Assembly (NCBI GenBank): GCA_024704765.1
Contig: JAKMXF010000313.1
Coordinates: 1 to 64,000 of the forward strand
Length of the DNA: 64,000 nucleotides
Direction of reading: 5' to 3'
Source of the DNA: Oopsacas minuta
Lineage: Eukaryota > Animalia > Porifera
This document shows, piece by piece, positions 1 through 12,076 of the stretch. Under the pieces are notes generated by a model. That model made no database searches. It saw nothing but the letters and a program-made list of their open reading frames with translations, and had not been told where the DNA came from. The translations under genes and the position numbers were made by a program. Numbering within the stretch: the stretch's first letter is position 1; every line of letters starts with the position of its first letter.

Positions 1-789
1 TCCAATCATGAAGGTGCTCCATCAGTAGCACACGCAATAATATTTCCCATTGGTATGTTCTTCTCTTCACAAAATTGCTTTACCACCATAAATATTGTCT
101 CACCTTTAGTATCTGTTTCTAGTGGCTTGGAGAAGAGCATTTCTTCTTTTGATACACCATTGTGAATATATCGTGCATATGCCATAAGTAAGGCTTCATT
201 GTCACGTAAGGTTGACTCATCAAGCTGTAAAGCGAATTCCGTTGTTTGTAAACTTTACACAACTGTTGTTCAACATCTATAGCCAAGTCTTCGATCCTCC
301 TCGAAACTGAGTTATTACTTAAGGGAATTGATCTAACTACACTAGACGCATCTTGATGCATGACAGTAGATATAACCTCTCTTATAGCTGGAAGGATGAG
401 CTTTTCACCTATTGTATGAGGCTTTCCACATTTGGCGATTAAAAGAGATATATTGTAAGAAGCAACAAGACCATCGTCATTTTTAGTAGTAATTTTGTTA
501 ATCATTCCATCTATGGAACTACGATTTGCAAACTGCTTGCTTAAAGTCTGGAAATATTTGAGATCCTTGTCTTTCTTATCAGGGTGTTTCTTCGTCAAAT
601 GGCCGCACATACGTGAAGGTTTCATGCCCTCATTAGAGAACACTTGATTGCAGAGTAAACAAAAGGGTAATTGTTGATTAGTAGGTGAAGCGATGAAGCC
701 AAATTTCAGATAATCTATGGAGTATTGACGGCATTTTTTCTTGGGGTTTTCAGCCATGATTGGATATGCAAGAAAAATCGTGTCTATTA
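1..789 (-). pseudogene. Truncated Buster/ZBED5-like hAT transposase (N-terminal part), a near-identical copy of about 19560-20349
   Basis: ORF 119-802: BED-like FCLLCNQVFSNEGMKPSR..HLTKKH, then KPHTIGEKLILPA and IPLSNNSVSRRI; the frameshifted continuation reads LQLDESTLRDNEALLMAYVRY. It aligns base by base with the element at 18362-20694 and diverges from it at 790. Confidence 0.9.
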
Positions 790-2256
790 CACAGGCCAAC
801 AAAAAAATATTTCTATCTCTTGACTTAGATTGTTGGAGTGTTTTTAGGGTATATCGGGGTTGCTGTATCCGAAAATACTATTAGTTTTGCTGAATTGGCT
901 CTAGTTTTCTAGATATTACACAACCTTAAATTTTAAGGTAATACTACAAATATTTTCGGTTTGTATGTTTATATCAACATTTACAACTATTTGTTCACAA
1001 CATAGAACCTTTTATGGATTCAAAACGCATTAGACGTTGTTGCCTCAATGATCCTGATGTCTTTTGCTATATTTGTGGTGAATATATGGCAAAGGAACAT
1101 CGTTTTAATATTAGAGATGTCACCAAAATAGCTTATCAGGCTTACTTTGGTATTAAATTAGGCGATCAGGATAAGTCATGGAGCCCTCACAAAGTGTGCA
1201 AATATTGCACAGAAACCCTCCGCCTATGGACCCAAGGAAAAGCCAAATCCATGAAGTTTGGGGTACCAATGGTTTGGCGAGAGCCGAAGAACCATCACGA
1301 TGACTGCTACTTCTGCATGGTTAAAATGTCTGGATGGAACCGGCAGAAAAAGAATTCGTGGCATTATCCTGACATACATTCTGCAAGACGGCCAATTCCA
1401 CACTGCAGCGAAATTCAGGTGCCTGTTTTTACGGCCTTACCTGATACTGCGTTTACCGAGGCAATTGATGAATCGTCGGACAGCACTTACAGCAGCAATA
1501 GCTGTAATGAGTTGTTACAGATAAGTAAAGCGGAGCCTTTCACACAGGGGCGGCTCAACGACTTAGTAAGAGACTTAGGCTTGTCAAAAGATGCTTCAGA
1601 GATCCTGGCTTCCCGTCTCAGTGAACACCATGTTCTCCACAGTGAAGCTAAGATAACTAATTACCGACGCAGAGACGAAGAACTTATTCGCTATTTCAGT
1701 GAAGAAGGCGGCTTCGTGTTTTGTAATAACATCCCAGGACTTCTCTCAGCAATGGGACTGTCCCAATACAATCCAAATGAGTGGCGTTTATTTATCGACA
1801 GCTCTAAACGGAGTCTAAAGTGCGTGTTGCTGCATAATGGTAACAAATTTGCCTGTGTTCCGATCTGCCATTCAGTAATCTTGAAAGAGCACTATGCAAC
1901 TGTAAAGATGGTCCTACAAAAGCTGTGTTATGATGAACATAACTGGATCGCGTGTGTGGACTTGAAAATGGTCAATATCCTGTTAGGACAGTAAAGTGGT
2001 TACACTAAATACCCATGCTTTCTTTGTTTGTGGGACAGCAGAGCGGATGAGGTGCACTGGGAAAAGAAGAACTGGCCAGTTCGTCAAAAGATTGCCGTGA
2101 GGGAAAAGAATATCATTAATGAGCCACTAGTTAGCCGTGACCGTATCATCCTACCACCACTACATATCAAGTTGGGACTGATGAAACAATTCGTAAAGGC
2201 ATTGAACAAAGATGGTACCTGTTTCAATTACCTCTGCTCAGTATATCGTGGTCTGA
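790..2256 (+). mobile_element. Chapaev3-like (CMC superfamily) DNA transposon, 5' part, inserted into the hAT copy and cut by the assembly gap
   Basis: Begins CACAGGCCAACAAAAAAAA right after TTA, exactly where homology to the sister hAT copy stops. ORF 1014-1994 has CLNDPDVFCYICGEY, WREPKNHHDDCYFC and FIDSSKRSLKCVLLHNG, then one in-frame TAA and SGYTKYPCFLCLWD..LPPLHIKLGLMKQFVKAL. The family is assigned from recalled motifs; the right TIR is not visible. Confidence 0.65.
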
Positions 2257-2267
2257 NNNNNNNNNNN
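2257..2267. other. Assembly gap (11 N)
   Basis: Run of n in the sequence. Confidence 1.
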
Positions 2268-2384
<117 letters not shown>

Positions 2385-4038
2385 ACATCTATTGTGGACT
2401 TTTCACCTCTCTCAAAATATCCTCACACATATCAAACTAATTCTAAGTAAGAGAAACGATCCGAAACAAAATTGGAACAATATTCTTTAATCTTGGTGGT
2501 CGATTTGTAAGAAGCAGGATGCACTTGCATCCAAGGATTTGAATTAGACTGGAATCGATTAATTGACATCATTGATTCGAACAAAGATTCATTGACTGAA
2601 AAAACCTACAAAGACACGAAAAGGTGGCTTAATTTTTTGTATGAAAGACGTAAACATACACGATTGACCGAAGTCCGAAAAAAAATGGAATATCGACAGA
2701 CTATCTCTGAAAGAAGCGAAGAAAAAGCAACAAGCTTTACTTAGCATCGCATTATAGCATATTTAAGAGAATATTTGACCCCAATTACTATGAATTAGCT
2801 AAAGCACAGATGATAAGATCTATGAATTACTCAATCGACAAATCTTTTAGGTGGAGAATTCATCGGAGAATGAAGAAACCTATTTTCTGAAGAAAATAGT
2901 AGCATCGGATAATGGTTCCAAATTGAACGAACATAATCTTAGTCACCAAGAAGTCATTCTGAATGTGCAGTTAAACGCAGATAATTTAGGACTTATCTCA
3001 GAAACAATAGATCAAAATGATGTTTTATTGAGACATTAAAACACCAATAAATTGTTCTTGTCTCTTTCCAACTTGCTGGGGAATCCCTTGCCGTCAAATT
3101 TTCCGCAGTTACTTAGGGAATAGTCTAAACCATATGCCCAAAGGAGCAATTAGCATGATTCGTATAAAAAAATGAAGAGCGAAAGATTGGACCACTCAAC
3201 CAACGAATTTCTTCAAAATATAATATTGTTCCCTTAGTGTCAACAAACCAATCTAACACCAAAGATGAATGGCATCAAATATTTATGGCAGAGTGTAAAG
3301 AAGTTGCAAGAATCGCTTTTCAAACTCCTGAAAGTGCTAAGAATGTTCAGTTAGAGCTAAGAAAGATGTTCACCTGCGTTTGCACTCGTCGAATGAAGAA
3401 ACTAGCTTAGCATCAAACAACAATATAATCAAGATAAAGAATAGTTTCCAATCCTAAAAAGACACCTGATCGAGGACGACCCCCTCAAAACGAAAGAAAG
3501 GTCGTCACGAAACTGTAAAAAACTATATATTAGGATGAATGCAATATATCTTAGCAAAGTATATAGTTACTCGTTGTAGTTCAATAATTCAATAACAAAC
3601 TATGCTTTTTTCGCTAAGTATTTGTAACATGAGCGTTGAAAGTGACTCTCTAGTTAGATTTTGAGATGTCACCCACTGTATACCCTTGCATTCACAACAA
3701 TTTTATGTATTTAAAAATGTTCATCTCCAATTCGCGTATATTTCATGGAGAGTTAATTCCAGTAATAAGGTACTCACCGTAATTCAAGAAATCAGCTATT
3801 TCATGTTCTATAGAAAGCAAAGCAAGGCTGAAGGCCTTTCTTGATGTATAGTTGATTTTAGGCATGTTTTATCAACTTTAACTTACTGAAACTTATTTCT
3901 ACACCAGTAGTAGCTACTGGAAGAGTGATAGAGATTCTTAAGAGCATAGACAAATTTGGGAATGTCTTTCTAAACAGTGATTTGTCATTTCTTCTAAATT
4001 ATCGGTATAATCAGCAGAATATTGCCATGAATCATCTA

Positions 4039-4460
4039 CAGTCAAACTGGTCTATAACTGTCACAGAAGGGATTGACCAAAAGTGATTATTATATACAGG
4101 TGGCCGCTATAGAGAGGTTGACCGTCATACACTGGTACTATGACGCAGGCGTAAAACGGTCAACTTTATATGAAAGGTGGTAATATAGAGAAGATGGCCT
4201 CTAAGACAAGTGCCCGATTTTTAAGATGATACAGTGGAAGTAGTTAATGATCGCCACTCAAGGGACTTGTCAAAGTAGACTTTATGGGAGCACTATATAA
4301 AGTGGCCGTTAGATATAGGAACTGGCCGTTATAGACAGGTTTAGCGCCAATAAGGGACCAAAAATGGTGGCCGCTATAGAAAGGTCATTATATGGGAAAT
4401 CGGAGGGAACTGGTTTTAGGTGACCGCTATGTGCAGGTGGCAGTTAAGCAGGTTTGACTG
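4039..4460. mobile_element. Tc1/mariner(pogo)-type MITE
   Basis: TA|CAGTCAAAC ... GTTTGACTG|TA, with internal repeats of a GGTGGCCGCTATAG-like motif. Confidence 0.8.
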
Positions 4461-5257
4461 TATATATATTGCACTCAGGGGTGGATAAGGATCTTGTAAG
4501 GGGCTGAGTGAGGAATAATTATTTGGTACGCGAACAAATTTTGAATTTTGACTGCACTGAGGTTGAGTCTGGTGCAAATTGAACTCTAATACAAATAGTC
4601 ATAGGCGTATGGGCAGTTGCGAAAGGAGATTGCTAGAATTTTGACATACTATAATTGTCGCATATTAACGATACAATCTGCCAGGAATCAATACTAGACT
4701 TTTCTTTTCCCAGTGATAGCAGATTAATTAATTAGTGTATTTTGTGTCCGATTAACTTAAAGGAAATATATATATCAAATAAATTTTGACCTGAAGAATA
4801 AAGAATAATAGATAATTCGATAATTTGATAATTCATTATCCTTTATCCGGAATTAGTAAACTTTGTCTTTAAGTTCAAACTGTACGATACTATAGTACAC
4901 AAATGGAATGTACTATAGTATAGTTGAGCTATAATATTTTATCTCTTAAAAACAATGAGTTAACAATTATTAACAATTAGGCTACTCAAGCCTGCGACCA
5001 GTCGCTGTGTAGGCTTCTACTCTAAGTATGATATATAATGTATTATTACTGTAGGACGGCAAAATAGGTTTGAAATCATAGTGAGATTGAATTATAACAA
5101 AAAAGAATATATAGTATATCATTCAAATAGGAATTTCAAGTTACAACATAATTTAGGTGAAATTTAACAAATTTGGGGGGTTAAGGCCCCCAAAGCCCCC
5201 CTTGGCCACGCCCCTGAGCAAGTTCCGTATATTGTGAACCTGAAAAAAATCTTTATA

Positions 5258-6584
5258 CAGGGTGCGTCAAAAGTTCTGCAACAATATTGAAAGCTCTATT
5301 ACAATTCATATATTGGTGCAATCATTTATATAAATGTGGAATAACTATAATATGAGCATCAATAATGAGTAATGTAAGGATTTCTGGCTAAGAAGTTTCA
5401 AATCTCATCCCTTTGGCTTTCAAACAGGACCTGACCCTATTTTGGAATATATTACAGACACGAGCAATTTCCTCTTGGTCTAGATCTTTTCAAGCTCGTT
5501 TTAGAGCACGCTTAAGTGAAGGAATATCATTGTAAGAACGATTATTAACGATAGCTTCCAATCTCTCCCATAAATAATAATCGCATGGGTTGAGATCCGG
5601 ACTTGATGGGGGCCACTCTTCACGTCCTAAAAACGCCGGTACATTGCTTGATAGCCATTGTAGGGTAGATTTAGCAATGTGTGCCGGCGCACCATCCTGT
5701 TGAAATATCCATTTTTCTCCTTTCATAAAGGTTGATCCAATATGCCGAACATATTTATCTAATATAAGGTCTTGATAAACTTTTGCATTGATCTTCGTTC
5801 CTTCTGGGACGAAAACTAAGGGGGTTTTTGCCAATTGAAGATATACCTGCCCAAACCATGACAGATTTAGAATATTGACTCTTCTGAACTGTTCTGAACT
5901 GTTCAGGCATATCCTTCCGTGATATTGAATAAATACACGAATTTTTCGAGTTGTATTTTTCATCAATACTGAAAATCTTCTCATCTGAAAACACAATTCT
6001 CTTAGGGTTGACAGATTTGAGCCAGGTAAGAAGCTTACGACATCTTTGTACCCTCTTGTGAATAACTGTATCAGTTAGAGACCCAGTCTTAGTTCTCTTG
6101 AAGGACTGATATCCCAGGACTTTAGTAACAATTCGCCGAGTCGATGCATTAGAAATCTTGACCCGGGCAGCGATTTTTCAATGGGAAAGGGTCGGATGAC
6201 GAGTCATAGCTGGCGAACTTTCTTCTTGTTCACAGCTGTACAAATAGAGCGCGGACGACCAGATCTTCGCTTATCTGTAATATTGCCAGTCTCCCTGAAG
6301 CGTTTCAAGGTACGCCAGATAAAGGATTTGCCGAATTTCTTTGGATCAAGAGTTTTGAAAATTTGGTTTTGCTCAACACCACTGAGAAATAATTCTATAA
6401 CCGCAACTCTCCTTTGTTCAAGCATGATTTTTAGTTGACATGACACTAGTATCAATCTAAGTGGCTATTATTACTTAAGTACGTATATAGATAATTCAAA
6501 AGGATGCTTAGTATAGAAAATTCATTTAAGGGTTAATATGAAATATTGTAATCAATTTTGTTGCAGAACTTTTGACGCACCCTG
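5258..6584 (-). mobile_element. DD37D (maT-like) Tc1/mariner element with a frameshifted transposase
   Basis: 27-bp TIR CAGGGTGCGTCAAAAGTTCTGCAACAA at both ends and TA TSD. ORF pieces 6204-6455 (HTH; RRSGRPRS), 5755-5994 (FSDEKIF, VWAGIS) and 5490-5996 (FQQDGAPAH..WPPSSPDLNPCDY), with 37 residues counted between the second and third D. Confidence 0.92.
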
Positions 6585-8655
6585 TATATTCAAATTCTCA
6601 ATTTTTTCATGTTTGTTACATATATTATGTCATCAATTTGCATCCCACTGTGACAGCCAGACAACAAGCTTTACATGTGAGTCGAGTGACGTTGGATTCA
6701 TAGAATTTGCAGAATTGGATTTCTCAAGAAGTATGGCAGGCTGTTCGCGAAGAAAGGAACATTTATTGTTACTGTAGTAACTGTGCAGCTAGATATCTTT
6801 CTTAATGAGGAGGATTTCATCCGAAGTAGTGATATTAATATTGATGAATAATTTAGGCCATCCACAAATAGTGCGCCAGTACATTCTCAGAATAATACCT
6901 TATCCACGCCGTTCCTACATTTGAATTGAATATTTGCAACCCAACTTATTTCAATATTGAGGCGACTTTTGCTAACCGGACTTATCGATGAAGAGACTCA
7001 TTTAAAATAAAGGATGAAGTAAACTTAACAATTCCAAATTTGGCTCTTGATGATGATGTCAAATTAAATCGGATTCTACTCTGAACACGGGAACTTTATA
7101 ATGACAAAATTTGATATTTTGAACAGCAACATCCTTCGATCCCATGGAATACAATTTGAAACCATAAATGTATTAATTTCTTCTTTAAGAGTACAAGACC
7201 GGAGCATTTTTTACATAAATGCTAAGAAAGCAATCAAATAACGTCATTTTTGCCTGAAAATTGTTTGTAGATGTAGACTGTGAATTTTATAGCTACAAAT
7301 AGAATTAATAAGCACTGACTTAACGTATCCCTGGTTCAAGTCCGTCAATCAGCACCAATACTCTAGTGTTTAGAGTGCTATGACCCCAATTAATTGGCCT
7401 AACTAACTATACTTATCAAATGTAGATAATAAACAGCATTTGGAAACCAAATTTCTAGAGTGCAGAACTAGTTAATTAGGGCGAAAAATGATGTTGAAGG
7501 TTGGCACTCCAGTTTGAATTGAACCATAGCAAGAAAAAAATTGAATTCTATCTGTCGAGTTACTCTGGAGAGGGTAAACGGAACTTTAGTTTCAGGAAAT
7601 TTAGAATCCGGAAATTTGGTCTCCTACAAATTTCGTATCCGGAATTTTCGCATCAAGGAGTAATTTTTATGTAATTAAAATGATATTCTTCACGAATCCT
7701 TATTAAAATTCTCAAGACAACAATCATACAGGTATTGCATCGAAATATTTTTTATGTGTTTATAGTGCAGCCGCACAATCTTGATTAAAATACACAAACA
7801 ACCACAGCCTATACTCTTATAGGGTAAGTAATTCAATACTACAAATATCTTAATTATACAAATGTTTCCATATTAACCTAAACGTAATAAATACTTTAAT
7901 ATAAATATGACTGGAGTTCTTTCAATGGAATTGCTCAAGAGTACTTGAGGCAAAGATAAAGCTACTATCCAAGGATTAGCCTATACTTTTGTTAGGTCAG
8001 TGTGAAAAACGAGAAGATTGTAAAGCAATCATGAAATTGAAGATTGTCATACTCATGGATCAGATCCCACACATATTGTGATGCTTTAATGGTATAATTT
8101 GTAAAACAAGGCTCTATCAATTTTGAAGAGATTACTAAAGCTATATTAGCTATTGGAGTTTAATAAATTCCCTCATCAAGCATAGCAAAGCTAAAAACAT
8201 AGACTCTGCTAAAAGAACTATCGAAAATTACAAGAAAGTTTCTCAAATAATGTGTGATAATCCAACAGGTGCTGCCGAAATCTTGATCCCCCAAATAGGT
8301 AATTACCAAGACCATTTTTGCTATATGATTCCGGGTATGGGGGCAATAAACAAATTTTCTATCTAGGTATTCGAGATACTTCTATACGTGAAAATTTGTT
8401 AGCAAGTAAAGAGAACAACTTTGATGCGACATACTGCTGAAACCGGCATTCCTAAGTTATTAAAGGCAAATGCAGTAAATATAAACGATGGAAACATGGG
8501 CATATAAACATCCCCCTATTAGGGATCAGATTAAACACTAAGAGTATATTAGGAGTATCTCTAAAGCAAATATTTGGCATCAATATGCCGATAGGTTTCA
8601 AAAATAGGAGTAGTGTAACAGATATAAATATAATCACATTCTGTGACATGTCAAC

Positions 8656-9070
8656 TAGGGATCGACCGGGAGCACAATTTTCGGCCAGGGCCAGGGAAAA
8701 AGTACTAATTTTCGGCCGGGACCGGGGCCTTGGCCGATGACTCGGTCGAACCCTAGTTCCTCAAGTACAACTTAAGAGCTGTTGGATTTGGCTCATTCAA
8801 ATTACTTAAACCAGCTCCTAAAGTGGTTCTTCCTAATCGACAGGTCGAGGAAATTGATGATGATAGTATAGATTTGATACAAGCAGGATTTAGATAGATT
8901 ATAGAGATACGTATATATTTTGATTTAGTATCTCGCATATAATTTCTTCGTTCCAAACTATGATGTTTTGCTTTAGAATTAACTCTGAGCATAAATTTCA
9001 TTAAACACCCCGGCTGGCCAAGGGCCGGGTTCTCAACTTTTGGCAGGGGCAGGGGCCCGATCGATCCCTA
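8656..9070 (+). mobile_element. hAT deletion derivative / MITE
   Basis: TAGGGATCGA...TCGATCCCTA termini; TSD ATGTCAAC/ATGCCAAC (7/8); internal + frame FLKYNLRAVGFGSFKLLKPAPK resembles a hAT C-terminus. Confidence 0.8.
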
Positions 9071-9391
9071 ATGCCAACAGCATAGTATATTAATTGCATT
9101 TATTTAAAGTGGTATAATGAATTTGTGGCACTATTAATATTGAGGCTGACGGTTCACGATCGAGGTAAATTAAACATTATATAGTGCCACCATAAATAAA
9201 TTCAATACTTTTTCGAGATATGGGTATGCAGCCATATCACGAAAAAATAGTTCCAGGGCCAAAAATAGTACTACCTAGCCAAAATTGCCGGTGCCTAGAT
9301 ATCTTGTAGAAGTTGTGAAAATTCATCAAATAACTATCTCTGAACTTCCCCAAAAATTGTAAAGAGACACTGATATAGCATACAGGGACTA

Positions 9392-9574
9392 CAGTAGAAC
9401 CTCGTTGGTACGATTACGGTTAATACGCTTTCCGGATAATACGAACAAATATTTGCACAAAATCAGGTTCCTACAATGGTTTTTCAATTGATTTGGCTCC
9501 GGTTAATACGTACTCCGGCTAAGAAGTACAATTTTCGTAGCACCGGTCGTGTATGTATTAATGAGGTTCTACTA
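9392..9574. mobile_element. pogo-type MITE family A
   Basis: TA|CAGTAGAACCTCGTT ... ATGAGGTTCTACTA|TA; internal sequence shared with 10041-10205 and 17679-17858. Confidence 0.75.
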
Positions 9575-10040
9575 TAGTTTTCTACGCTAATCTATGAAAC
9601 ATCTGTCTAGACAACTCTAAGAGCTAGTTAAGAGACATTGGAGGATGGAATATTGTCTTGAGGTAGGTCACAATTTTTTACCAGGACCAATTATAACCGA
9701 CCCAAATTTTCGTGGACCACTTTTAGCGTGATAGTCACCACAGATTGTAATTTGTATTTTTGCTCGCGATGTTGCAGATTTTCTAAAATATTATTAATCA
9801 CTAACTCATCGACGTTTATATATTGGGTGTATGAGCCATCATTCGGATCACCTGGATGAGCTAAATATTCAATATTTACCAAGCGAATAGGGGGCTAAAA
9901 ATGCTGGTTATAAGAACCTTTCCTTGATTTACTGAATCTTTTGTATTCTAGTCCATGGAATTTTGACCGGTTATAAGAATATTTACTCGAAAACAGTTGC
10001 CATACACCCCAATCCAATATATGTACATATATATCAGATT

Positions 10041-10205
10041 TAGTAGAACCTCGTTAATAAGTGTACGAGCGGACATTTAAAATTTGTATTTCTTATCCGG
10101 AGTACCTATTAACGGGAGAAATACCAATTAAAAACCATTGTAGGGATCACATTTTGTGAAATATTTGTTCGTATTAACCGTGTTCGTAATAACGAGGTTC
10201 TACTG
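10041..10205. mobile_element. pogo-type MITE family A
   Basis: TAGTAGAACCTCGTTAAT ... AACGAGGTTCTACTG. Confidence 0.75.
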
Positions 10206-10220
10206 TTATATATATATATA

Positions 10221-10648
10221 TAGGGCATTGGTTGGTCACGAAATTAATGATCACAATCCCAATCGTTCAATAAATAATTATCGGAAATCATGATTCCGAT
10301 CCTTGCACAAAAAGGATCGCGAACACAATCATGATCATTTTTCCGATCACATTTCTGAAATTTAAGCACCTCGGTAGGGAGATGCTCTATTACCTGCAGC
10401 AGTCCGTCCGTCCGGGCGGCAATGTGAAATCTACCAGTCCGATTGCCATGGAAATCAGTACATACATTTTTATAAACATTTTGGGTATAGATTACCAAAT
10501 TTTCAAATTCTGTCTGTCTAGAAAGATCGAAAATATGATAAAATGAAGGTGATCTTATAATCGTTCACTGTATATAAAATGATCGGAGATCTTCCATCGA
10601 ACGTCAAAAACAGATCGCGGTCAATGATCGCACGAAACTAATGCCCTA
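10221..10648. mobile_element. hAT-type MITE
   Basis: TAGGGCATT...AATGCCCTA termini and GATC-rich subterminal repeats; TSD only loosely matched in AT-rich flanks. Confidence 0.6.
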
Positions 10649-10679
10649 AATATAAATATTTATGTATATATGATAAAAA

Positions 10680-11220
10680 TATGTTTGTATGTCCAGAATT
10701 GATTGAAGAAACTAGAAGACCCCACCAGGACTGACAAGCTCGAGTCTTGGATGAAAGTTCACTCCTATGATGAAATATTGACATCATTGTCACCTTTTTG
10801 GATTCCCAATATAAATGTTAGAAGTTTGAAATGTGAATCACAGGTACTCCTCAATATGTAAATGTCCTGACCTCATGATTTTGACCAAATAAAAACTAAT
10901 AATGGAATTATAACATCACCATTACTGACAAACAATTCAAATGTTCCCGAATTTCATAATACTTGAGGCAAATTACTAACGACAAACCACGTGGCAACTC
11001 CAGTATTACTACAGAAGGTTATTTAATGCAAATTGGATGGATCATAGGTAATATAAATAATTCCGTAAAAGTTAAACTCGAGGCACGTATTGCAGAGTAT
11101 ATCCCGTCGCGTAGCAAGACCAAAGCACTGACAACTATCTCACACTTATGCTAAACCAATGCACGATAATTAAGGATATGTCGGCCGTCGCGCAGTGACC
11201 TAGGAAGCGAAGCGGACTAG
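10680..11220 (+). mobile_element. Non-autonomous Helitron-like family B
   Basis: Shares the GAATTGATTGAAGAAACT head block with the copies at 14060 and 58683 and a copy on the - strand near 56290; ends in a GC-rich hairpin-like tract GACCTAGGAAGCGAAGCGGA followed by CTAG|T. Confidence 0.65.
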
Positions 11221-11580
11221 TATATGTAAATCGCACATTATTTACAATCTGAGAAATACATAAAGTTAGAACAACTGATAAGTGAGAGAAACAGGTTTCG
11301 ACTGTGCGTTATTATCCTAATCTTCCTTTAGGATTGTGGATCATTGAGCAAATTAAATAAAAGTAGAGAACAATAGATTGAATTAAGAGTTTCGAGTTAG
11401 TAACTACTTGTACTGGTTAGTCAGTCTAAATTAAGAAAATAGACTATTACTTGTAGATATTTGGAAGGATCGGGATCATTTCAGAAAATTATCGACCGAT
11501 CTCGACCTAATATTGATAATATTTTGTTATGTCCACCGAATACTACTGATAATATAGTAACCGAATATTGAACTATTCAC

Positions 11581-11878
11581 CACGAGTTTACAGAAAAAGG
11601 ATTTTATAACTGGTACGAGTTGACATAAAAATTGGTAGAGTTGGTTCGAGTTGACTCAAAAATTGGAACGAGTTGACTTATTCTACTGGTATGAGTTGGT
11701 CATTGGCAGTAGTTTGCTTAAAAGTCGTTACAGTTTAGAAACTGGTACGAATTTACTTAAGAAGTACTAGTTAACTTAAATATTTGGTACGAGCTGACTT
11801 AGCACGAGTTGATTTAGCCTGAGTTGACTAAGAACGAGTTGACCTGGTACGAGTTGGTGTGGTACGAGTTGACTGGAA
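11581..11878. repeat. Degenerate array of the GGTACGAGTTGAC motif (probable subterminal repeats of a MITE)
   Basis: More than 10 imperfect copies with 10-25 bp periodicity and no unique spacers of constant length. Confidence 0.7.
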
Positions 11879-11936
11879 ATCATGGAGAGAATGAGAAATT
11901 AATTAAATAAAGCAATAAGGATAAATAGGTAAATAT

Positions 11937-12076
11937 CAGCGCTCGACAAATTGAATTCCGTGGTGACTAACAAAGCAACTACCCTGCATAACTAAGCCAT
12001 AATACATTACTTTTCGTGGCTTAAGGAAAAATTCTGGTGGCTATAGCCACCAATCCATCGAATTTGTCGAGCACTG
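11937..12076. mobile_element. Short hAT MITE
   Basis: CAGCGCTCGACAAATT ... AATTTGTCGAGCACTG; TSD GTAAATAT/GTAAATAG. Confidence 0.8.

Noticed and set aside
2385-3500. Degenerate retrotransposon or host coding region
   Set aside because: Some protein-like stretches are present, but there is no diagnostic RT, endonuclease or other motif.
4476-5216. hAT MITE with CAGGGG...CCCCTG ends
   Set aside because: Only about 6 bp of terminal match and the 8-bp flanks do not match (ATTGCACT versus AGCAAGTT), so these may be ends of two unrelated elements.
11581-11878. CRISPR-like repeat array
   Set aside because: Repeats are short and degenerate, spacing is irregular, there are no unique spacers of about 30 bp and no cas genes, and the context is eukaryotic.
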